A stretch of DNA of 10,020 bases from Deltaproteobacteria bacterium TL4 (GTDB lineage Bacteria > SAR324 > NAC60-12): contig JBBCAX010000383.1 in assembly GCA_051382335.1 (NCBI GenBank), positions 1-10,020 of the forward strand, in the 5' to 3' direction. Under the pieces are notes generated by a model. That model was given only the letters and a program-made list of their open reading frames with translations. It was not told the DNA's origin and searched no databases. Position 1 is the stretch's first letter; every line of letters begins with the position of its first letter. Of the stretch, positions 1-6,493 are shown in pieces. The translations under genes and the position numbers were made by a program.

Positions 1-630
1 ATGTCCCTCTGTGGTGAAGATTGGAAAGGTCAGGCAATTCCTCAAATGCTCCACCCCATCCTCCCGCAAGATCCCCCAGGACATCAAATGCTGACGAATG
101 ACCGGAATTTTACCCTGATAGGTTCGAGGCAAGGTTTTCGGCAAAGAGTGATCGGAGAATCCAATCCGAAAGGTTTGGAGTAACTCAGGATGGGTTAAGC
201 CTCTGCTTTGCAGGTATCGCAAAGCGGGAGGATTATTTTTCAAGGCTCGTTCGTAAAAACTAATCACACCCAAAGCGTCTTTTTCGCTTGCGGGATCAAG
301 GGGATTTGAGGTATTGTTTGTTTCAACAGGTTCTTTCACGGAACTCTGTGTGTGTTGTGGATTTTCACGGACTAAGCTTCCTACGGCTGTTGTGAAATCC
401 ACACCTTCTTTCTTCCTGATGAAGTCGATGAGATCGCCTCCCTGATGACACCCCAAACAATTCCAGACTCCCTTTTGCGGGTTGACTGAAAACGAGGGTG
501 TTTGCTCCTGATGAAAAGGACACAAGCCTTTCCATTCCTTACCTTGCTGCTTTAAGACCACGCCCCGTTTCTGGATTTCCGCGACGATGTCCAAACTTCG
601 CTTAAGCGACTCCATGTCTTGTTTTCCCAT
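1..630 (-). CDS. CHC2 zinc-finger DNA primase-like (DnaG/Toprim-type) protein, 5' part; continues beyond the left edge
   Basis: ATG at 630-628 with RBS GGAAGGAG about 7 nt upstream, open to position 1 (210 codons). Manual translation MGKQDMESLKRSLDIVAEIQKRGVVLKQQGKEWKGLCPFHQEQTPSFSVNPQKGVWNCLGCHQGGDLIDFIRKKEGVDF contains the CHC2 zinc finger CPFH...CxGC. It is followed by ALRYLQSRGLTHPELLQTFRIGFSD...EHLRNCLTFPI, typical of the primase catalytic-core N-terminus. Context (overlapping small ORF, divergent XRE) suggests a mobile-element primase rather than housekeeping dnaG. Confidence 0.9.
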   Translation of the reverse strand, partial: MGKQDMESLKRSLDIVAEIQKRGVVLKQQGKEWKGLCPFHQEQTPSFSVNPQKGVWNCLGCHQGGDLIDFIRKKEGVDFTTAVGSLVRENPQHTQSSVKEPVETNNTSNPLDPASEKDALGVISFYERALKNNPPALRYLQSRGLTHPELLQTFRIGFSDHSLPKTLPRTYQGKIPVIRQHLMSWGILREDGVEHLRNCLTFPIFTTEGH

Positions 631-892
631 GTGTGTTTCTCCTTCCTTGGTTCTCTTGTCTCAATATCTCAAAAATCACATCCCGCAGAAAATTCAAGGT
701 TTCCCGCAATTGCAAAGGATTCACACTGGCTCTGCCAGTCCGATACAGCAGATCTTTCTGCCTTATTTCATCCCCCTCAATGACGAAAGTCACCTGACGT
801 TCCTCATTCATCTGAGGCTGTTTTAAGCAGCCTCCCGAACACAAAAGATAGGCTCCTTTGAAAATATCACTCGTTTCAATCTCTGTTCTCAT
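602..892 (-). CDS. Small hypothetical protein (96 aa), DUF5659-like, probable element accessory or DNA-binding protein
   Basis: Good RBS (GAGGAG) upstream of the ATG at 892. The 3' end overlaps the primase start by 29 nt, suggesting coupling. The pattern ETSDIFKGAYLL...RQVTFVIEG resembles DUF5659 proteins (recognised by eye). Confidence 0.7.
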   Translation of the reverse strand: MRTEIETSDIFKGAYLLCSGGCLKQPQMNEERQVTFVIEGDEIRQKDLLYRTGRASVNPLQLRETLNFLRDVIFEILRQENQGRRNTHGKTRHGVA

Positions 893-931
893 GAGTCTCC
901 TCGTTTATGCGATCATTACTGAATTATTTTT

Positions 932-988
932 ATAGCGTATCAGCTAATTATGTTAACTGCTTTTACGCATAACAATATTATGCTTAAT
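932..988. promoter_or_regulatory. Two tandem palindromic sites 30 bp apart (putative XRE operators or dif-like sites), overlapping a likely leftward promoter
   Basis: ATAGCGTATCA-GCTAA-TTATGTTAACT (932-958) and TTTACGCATAA-CAATA-TTATGCTTAAT (962-988, core GCATAA-N5-TTATGC is perfect). Minus-strand TTGACT (1004-999) lies 16 nt from CATAAT or 18 nt from TAATAT. Confidence 0.55.
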
Positions 989-1032
989 AGCTTTTTAAAG
1001 TCAAACCATATTTTGCTATCAGTCATAATTAT

Positions 1033-1061
1033 TTGACATAAAAAGCACAGCAAGCTATAAT
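1033..1061 (+). promoter_or_regulatory. Sigma70 promoter for the XRE gene
   Basis: Perfect consensus TTGACA (1033-1038), 17-bp spacer, TATAAT (1056-1061), about 70 nt upstream of the XRE ATG. Confidence 0.8.
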
Positions 1062-1133
1062 TATACGAAATAATCAGATACTTAGAACAAAACTAAGCAA
1101 AGTATTAAACGTTTCAATGTAATGGGTAGAATT

Positions 1134-1502
1134 ATGAACATCGCTGAAAAAGTAAAAAAAATCAGAAAAGCTAATAAGTGGTCTCAACAAGAATTGGCGG
1201 AACGTATCGGAGCGCATATCACTCACATTAGCAGAATTGAAACCGATAAATATAAACCTTCTGTGGATTTTCTAAAAAAAATCGCGGATGCTTTTGAGGT
1301 AACTGTTGATTATTTAATTGATGACGTCCAAGAAGAATTTGAGATTAAAGTGGAGGATAAAAGCGTTGCCGAAAGGGTTCGATTAATCGACAGCCTAGAA
1401 GACGCGGATCGAAAAGCTCTTTTACAAATTATTGACACCATGTTAGTCAAAAAGAAAATGAAAACCTTTTTAGAACACGAACTGCAAGCTGTTCCCTCAT
1501 AA
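1134..1502 (+). CDS. XRE/Cro-CI family helix-turn-helix transcriptional regulator
   Basis: MNIAEKVKKIRKANKWSQQELAERIGAHITHISRIETDKYKPSVDFLKKIADAFEVTVDYLI is a canonical HTH_3 pattern, followed by a C-terminal helical extension. Alternative start at 1122. Confidence 0.93.
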   Translation: MNIAEKVKKIRKANKWSQQELAERIGAHITHISRIETDKYKPSVDFLKKIADAFEVTVDYLIDDVQEEFEIKVEDKSVAERVRLIDSLEDADRKALLQIIDTMLVKKKMKTFLEHELQAVPS

Positions 1503-1539
1503 AATACATTTTTCCATATTTTTTCTATTTCCGACCTTT

Positions 1540-1687
1540 CTTTTCCTAAAATAATTTTGTAAGAAATCGATAGAACCTTTCAAACTCTGGGGAGAAATTT
1601 TGGAAGGAGATAGATCACATTCCTGTTTATTCCCCCTTTAAGCTTTATTTATCACGATTACAGCCTCATCTTTTATTTTAGGAAAAG
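1540..1687. repeat. 15-bp perfect inverted repeat pair bracketing 118 bp
   Basis: CTTTTCCTAAAATAA (1540-1554) and TTATTTTAGGAAAAG (1673-1687) are exact reverse complements. No flanking direct repeat is seen. Confidence 0.75.
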
Positions 1688-1690
1688 CTA

Positions 1691-1727
1691 TGTTCTTAAA
1701 ACGGACTCGTTTTTAAGAGCAGTTTTT
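1691..1727 (+). terminator. Possible intrinsic terminator or hairpin downstream of the XRE gene
   Basis: TGTTCTTAAAACG-GACT-CGTTTTTAAGAGCA stem (one bulge, one G-U) followed by GTTTTT. The stem is AT-rich, so it is weak. Confidence 0.4.
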
Positions 1728-1794
1728 GAGTGGGTTAAAATATTATCATTGGTTATTATGTGGTTGGAATATTTTTTTTAGAAAGGAAAATCGT

Positions 1795-2574
1795 ATGAAG
1801 AGTTGTTATCAATTGTATGTTTCCTGGGAAATCCAGGTTTGGAAAAGAATTTTTATCCCGTTTGTTATCTTGCTTGCTGTGCTTTTGACCTTCAGCTTTG
1901 TTGGGATTGAGGAAAGCTATGCGATTAGTCCGGAGGAAGTTAATAAAAAGCTAAGAGTATCAGCACGTGATGGAAATGTGAATGAGGTCCTCAAGTGGCT
2001 CAAAGAGGGCGCAGATATCAATTCCAGTGTGAAAAATAATCGAACAGCTTTGATGTCCGCATCTGAAAATGGACACACTGAAGTGGTTAAAATTCTGGTT
2101 GGAGCAGGTGCTGACGTCAATGCCAAAACAACAGCGGTACAGCTAGAATCTGGAATGAAAAGTATGGACAAACCCACCAGTGGTTTTACAGCCTTAATGT
2201 TAGCGGCGAATAAAGGACACACTGAAACGGTTAAAGCTTTGATAGAAGGAGGTGCCGATGTTAACGCTAAAGTGGTTTCTGACACCTTTTTAGGAAATGA
2301 TACCGCTTTGATTAGTGCCGCTAAAAAAGGATATGTTGAAATAGTAAAATTCTTAATTCAAGCAGGAGCTGATGTAAATGCACAACGTAGGGATGGTGAT
2401 TCTGCACTTTATCTTGCTGTAAACCACGAAAAAGCTGAGGTAGTAAAAGTCCTTATTGCGGCAAATGCAAATGTTAACATCAAAGATAATGAAGGTTTCA
2501 CTCCAATACGCATGGCAAAGTATTACAAATATACTGAAATAATAAACCTTCTCGAACAAGCGGGAGCACAGTAG
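1795..2574 (+). CDS. Exported ankyrin-repeat protein (about 6 ANK repeats), candidate immunity or partner protein
   Basis: ATG 1795 follows RBS GAAAGGA and is preferred over TTG 1726. KRIFIPFVILLAVLLTFSFVGIEESYA looks like a signal peptide or membrane anchor. Repeats include TALMSASENGHTEVVKILVGAGADVN, TALMLAANKGHTETVKALIEGGADVN and TALISAAKKGYVEIVKFLIQAGADVN. Confidence 0.92.
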   Translation: MKSCYQLYVSWEIQVWKRIFIPFVILLAVLLTFSFVGIEESYAISPEEVNKKLRVSARDGNVNEVLKWLKEGADINSSVKNNRTALMSASENGHTEVVKILVGAGADVNAKTTAVQLESGMKSMDKPTSGFTALMLAANKGHTETVKALIEGGADVNAKVVSDTFLGNDTALISAAKKGYVEIVKFLIQAGADVNAQRRDGDSALYLAVNHEKAEVVKVLIAANANVNIKDNEGFTPIRMAKYYKYTEIINLLEQAGAQ

Positions 2575-2624
2575 CAAAATCTGTATTACTTGAAGTAATA
2601 AACCCTTAAAACCAAGAGGTAAGA

Positions 2625-5600
2625 ATGGCTTCAGAACTGATTGAAGAATTAAAAGATATTGAAACTACAGAAGAATTTTTGGGAATTATCAATCAAAAAG
2701 GATCTCAGTTGATAACAGAAATTTCTCTTTTTGACCCCATAGAAATCAATGCTCTAGTGACTCACTTCAAAGGGGAAATGGAAGAGGTGTCTCAAACTTT
2801 GGATTTCGTAACCCAATTAGCGACAGGACAATTTCAGAAGCTGGACGAAATCATCAAAAACCCTGAACTTCCTCTTGAATTTATCAATAATCTTTCCGAA
2901 GACGCCATCCAAACTCTCTTGAATTTAGAACCATTAAAAGATTCCCGGTTTGATCAGGCCAAAACCGCTATTCAGGTTATCAATACTTTCATGAACATTG
3001 AAAGCTGGGATGATTTTGAAAACAAGGTGCTTGAAAAAATAAAAACCCGGACTTCTCAGTTTTGGACGGATCTGGAAAGTCTTCCCAACCAGTTAACGCA
3101 GGGCTTTGAAGCTGTTTTGCAAAAGGAATTTCAAAAGCGTGGACTGGGTGAGGTTGGGAGGAAAATAGGACAGGTGATAAACATCATGGACATGCTCACC
3201 GACGTTGAACGTCTTCCAGACCTCATCAATCAGCCGGAAGCCTTTCAAACAGCGATTCAATCTCTTACTCCAGAATATTACATTGAGCTGAAAGACATGG
3301 TGTGGCAACAAGCGGAGCTTAAAATACACCAGGGCGCTGGAAATCAAGTGACTCAAATGCTCCAGGAAGTCAGGGATCATGAGATAAAAAACTGGCCTCC
3401 ATTTTTTCTCAAGCACTCAAGAGTATTTTTAGACACGCGGATACCAGGTCTTGATTTAGACGCTGTTAAAAAAGCATTAACTTTTCCAGTATTGATGGCT
3501 CAAATGCTGGAAAATCCAGGCGAGGCCGGCAGGGAACTTTTAGCCCAGGCCATTCAATATCAGTATGGGATTACTGAAGTATCGGCTGAGACCTTCAAAG
3601 ATGCTAAAAAAACCAGCATTTTGATGGCTGAAGTTTTGCTGCGACAACAGCCACAATTTCAGAAGTTAGGGAACAAAGCTCAAATACTTACAGATATCAT
3701 TGAAAAAGTAATTGATGGAAAACCTGAAGCTCTTGAAGCGGCACAGATAAAAGTAAAAAACCTTTTTGAAGGAGAAATCAAGAATCTCGCTATCAATGAA
3801 GCCGCCAAGTTTGTACCTGGTTTAGCTCCTTTTGTCCCTTTTTTGGAAGCGGTTGAGACAGGCTCTGAACCCAAAGAAATTGTGGTTGGAGTACTGAATA
3901 CCCTGGTTGTTATGTCAGTTAATCCCACTGCGGCGTTATTCTTCTCTCCGGCTATTGGAATCGCGGCAGATAAGATAGACGCCTGGTTTAGTGAGCGATT
4001 TCATTCCATGCAAGCAAGCACACCTATGTTAGAAGCGGTGGTGGAAAAAGCGGATGTAGACGCTATTGTGAGTGATCATACCCAGGAAATTAAAGCGGAG
4101 GATGTTGATGGCCAGGTCAACCCTGATTATGATCAAGTGGAAATTACCTACAAAGGAGATCCGCGAGAAATTTCGGTTCGTAATCCAATAGAAGGAAAGA
4201 TTGTTGGGGTATTTCGTGATCAAAGGGAAATATACATTCAAAGTGTGGTTGATGGCACAGTGCATCACCTTTCAGGATTGGATGAGACTTTTTTTGAGAT
4301 GATGATGCAAGTGTTGGAAAATTTTTGGGAGACAGGAGAAGTCATACCCTCTGGAACAGTTTTGGGACTGGCTTATCTCGATCCCGAATCCGGTCAGGGA
4401 AGTGATCCCACGGAAGCGACGTTCCGGTATGAAATCGAGGCTGGATATATTTTGGGCGGTACTGAGCAGAAACTCCTCAACGCTCAAGAATATTGGCGAG
4501 ATGGTGGACCCCATCTAGTGCCAACGACTTGGGATGACGCGCTAAGCGTTATGTTTGGAGGAAAGCTTCCTGAATCTATCAAAGGTTTTAATCGAGATGA
4601 GAATAAAGATGGCGAAGTGGATGGGAATATCGCCATTACTTTGCGCAAGGGAATTTTAACCCAAATGGTCAACAGTCCTGTCAATGGACAAATCCATGAG
4701 ATCATCAAAGCCCCTCCCGCTCAAGAACCCGCTCTTATTATCAAATCGGAAGATGGCACTTTGCATAAGCTTTCCGGGTTGGATCTGGATTACGCGCATT
4801 TTAAGCAAGGGGATTCTATTCAAGCGGGAAAACCTATTGGCTGGATCGCTTCTATTGACTCACTTTTCGGCACCAATGTTACTCTCCATTATGAAATCCA
4901 GTTAGGGGAAAAGATTGGCGGAAGCGATTACAGGGATGTCACTATAGATCCTTCCGACTATTGGGAAGATGGAGGAAAGATTGAGGCGGCATTAGTCAGA
5001 ATAGACGCAGTTGGGGAACAACTGAATGAAAACGATTTTTCGGGTTTTCAGGTTCAATTGAATGTGGATGTTAGCAGGGAATTAGTCTTAGATATGAAAC
5101 TAACCAATCCAGACACGACCTTTCATACGATAGCTTCCACGCGACTAACAGGAACTTCAACTCTTCAAATAACCATCCCTGCCGCGGAAATCAGTTATGA
5201 ATTTCAAAAACCAGGAGAACACTATGCGCTCAGCGAATCCTTTATGATTGAAATTAAGTCGGATTTGGATTTTTCCAGCGAAGCCTCTCCTGTGTTGGTA
5301 AGCCTGATGGGATCATCGAAAGAGTTTACCCATCGTTTAACTGTAGTCGATACTGATGCCGGGCTTGTTGAACAATCCACCAATCAGTTCAAAGACGCTG
5401 TTCAACAGTTTGGGGATTCATTCACCGTGGATTCCAATTTTCAAATCAATCAGTCAAAACAACACATGAAAGAATTGTTAATAGGGCTAAAAACCATTAA
5501 CAATGATTTAGTTGATGAAATGTCAAAATCCCAACCAAATCCTGATGAAATTTCACGTATGCTGGGTGAGTGGAATGCCTATAAACCTAATCTCAACGCC

Positions 5601-6335
5601 TTTTATCAGATAGCCACCAATCCACAAGTTAGCTCCAACGCTTACTACCGTGGGTATGAAGTGAGCCATCCCCAACAGCTTTTACGCCCTTTGCTCAGTG
5701 CTTCTCAAACCTTAGATCAAATGTTGATCAGAGCCCAAAGTTGTCTGAGAGATGGCAAACCTTTTCCAGTGGATCATACCGTGATTGACACGTTTGATTC
5801 ATTAGAAGACCGCACTGACAACTGGGAAGATTATGTCCAAAATGCTGAAGTTTCTACCCCAGCAGTCCCTAATTCCATCAAGGTTCCAGAATCGGAATCC
5901 CGTTGGCAAATGGTGATGTATCAAATGTTGCGTCCTGAGGCTAAAGGAGATTTACTTCCGGAAATAACTCACTCCTTTCACGCTCCTAATGCCGAGGGCG
6001 AGATGAGAGGAAGCGTTGGAGTTTCTTATGACCACACCCATCAAGGAGAGGCAAATGTTCACGTTCCTTTAGACGGGAGAATTCAGCATGTCACGGAAGG
6101 CTCGGTTTGGATTCTGGCTAATGACGGCACGGTTCATCGTTTTTCCAATCTGTCTTCTATTCCTCAAGATATTCAGGACAAATACGCATTGTATCAACAG
6201 ACCAAAAACGAAATGGATCGCAAAATCAGTCTTGGAGATCAAATCGGAACTTTAGCCAGCGGTGAATCCATCAACTATGAAATTTATGGTCTTGGAGATC
6301 TCGACTTTGAACAATTTGCTCAATATTACTCCTGA
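2625..6335 (+). CDS. N-terminal part of a giant secreted RTX-type protein (helical region, hydrophobic segment, 3 degenerate M23-like repeats, Calx-beta/Ig-like module), truncated by MITE insertion
   Basis: 1236-aa ORF with RBS AAGAGG. M23-like repeats at about 4128-4508, 4620-4976 and 6006-6299. The last 11 codons (LDFEQFAQYYS) and the stop come from the MITE. Confidence 0.85.
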   Translation: MASELIEELKDIETTEEFLGIINQKGSQLITEISLFDPIEINALVTHFKGEMEEVSQTLDFVTQLATGQFQKLDEIIKNPELPLEFINNLSEDAIQTLLNLEPLKDSRFDQAKTAIQVINTFMNIESWDDFENKVLEKIKTRTSQFWTDLESLPNQLTQGFEAVLQKEFQKRGLGEVGRKIGQVINIMDMLTDVERLPDLINQPEAFQTAIQSLTPEYYIELKDMVWQQAELKIHQGAGNQVTQMLQEVRDHEIKNWPPFFLKHSRVFLDTRIPGLDLDAVKKALTFPVLMAQMLENPGEAGRELLAQAIQYQYGITEVSAETFKDAKKTSILMAEVLLRQQPQFQKLGNKAQILTDIIEKVIDGKPEALEAAQIKVKNLFEGEIKNLAINEAAKFVPGLAPFVPFLEAVETGSEPKEIVVGVLNTLVVMSVNPTAALFFSPAIGIAADKIDAWFSERFHSMQASTPMLEAVVEKADVDAIVSDHTQEIKAEDVDGQVNPDYDQVEITYKGDPREISVRNPIEGKIVGVFRDQREIYIQSVVDGTVHHLSGLDETFFEMMMQVLENFWETGEVIPSGTVLGLAYLDPESGQGSDPTEATFRYEIEAGYILGGTEQKLLNAQEYWRDGGPHLVPTTWDDALSVMFGGKLPESIKGFNRDENKDGEVDGNIAITLRKGILTQMVNSPVNGQIHEIIKAPPAQEPALIIKSEDGTLHKLSGLDLDYAHFKQGDSIQAGKPIGWIASIDSLFGTNVTLHYEIQLGEKIGGSDYRDVTIDPSDYWEDGGKIEAALVRIDAVGEQLNENDFSGFQVQLNVDVSRELVLDMKLTNPDTTFHTIASTRLTGTSTLQITIPAAEISYEFQKPGEHYALSESFMIEIKSDLDFSSEASPVLVSLMGSSKEFTHRLTVVDTDAGLVEQSTNQFKDAVQQFGDSFTVDSNFQINQSKQHMKELLIGLKTINNDLVDEMSKSQPNPDEISRMLGEWNAYKPNLNAFYQIATNPQVSSNAYYRGYEVSHPQQLLRPLLSASQTLDQMLIRAQSCLRDGKPFPVDHTVIDTFDSLEDRTDNWEDYVQNAEVSTPAVPNSIKVPESESRWQMVMYQMLRPEAKGDLLPEITHSFHAPNAEGEMRGSVGVSYDHTHQGEANVHVPLDGRIQHVTEGSVWILANDGTVHRFSNLSSIPQDIQDKYALYQQTKNEMDRKISLGDQIGTLASGESINYEIYGLGDLDFEQFAQYYS

Positions 6336-6493
6336 ATAAAATCAGAGACTTATAAAGTCGTATTAGAATTAATGATAGGTTTGGCCTGAAAAACGGGAAA
6401 TAATAACCTTGCATTAATTCATTCATAAAATAAAACCACTGATATTATTGAATAATTAAAACTAAAACCATGAATCAAATGTTCAAAGTCCAG
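6300..6493. mobile_element. 194-bp MITE (non-autonomous IS derivative, possibly IS1634-related) with 6-bp target site duplication GGAGAT
   Basis: Left end CTCGACTTTGAACAATTTGCTCA versus reverse complement of the right end CTGGACTTTGAACATTTGATTCA (13/14 terminal identity, 18/23 ungapped). Flanked by GGAGAT at 6294-6299 and 6494-6499. Interior is AT-rich (about 25% GC over 6336-6469) with no transposase. Confidence 0.88.

Noticed and set aside
1..630. Calling the primase dnaG
   Set aside because: Only the 5' part is visible and the context looks mobile-element-like, so no gene symbol was assigned.
1..826. Plus-strand ORFs 1-183 and 587-826
   Set aside because: Antisense to the primase and small ORF, which have clear motifs and RBSs.
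1726..1794. TTG start at 1726 for the ankyrin gene
   Set aside because: ATG 1795 has an RBS and puts the signal-like segment nearer the N-terminus.
1917..4905. Short minus-strand or off-frame ORFs within the ankyrin and 1236-aa genes
   Set aside because: Shadow ORFs with no recognisable motifs.
6229..6300. 12-bp direct repeat GTCTTGGAGATC at 6229 and 6289
   Set aside because: Two copies encoding LGD in coding sequence with no array structure; probably incidental.
6333..6470. Stop-codon readthrough, alternative genetic code or sequencing errors joining the two large ORFs
   Set aside because: It would need four stops (TGA and TAA) plus a frameshift. The TIR and target duplication explain the gap more simply.
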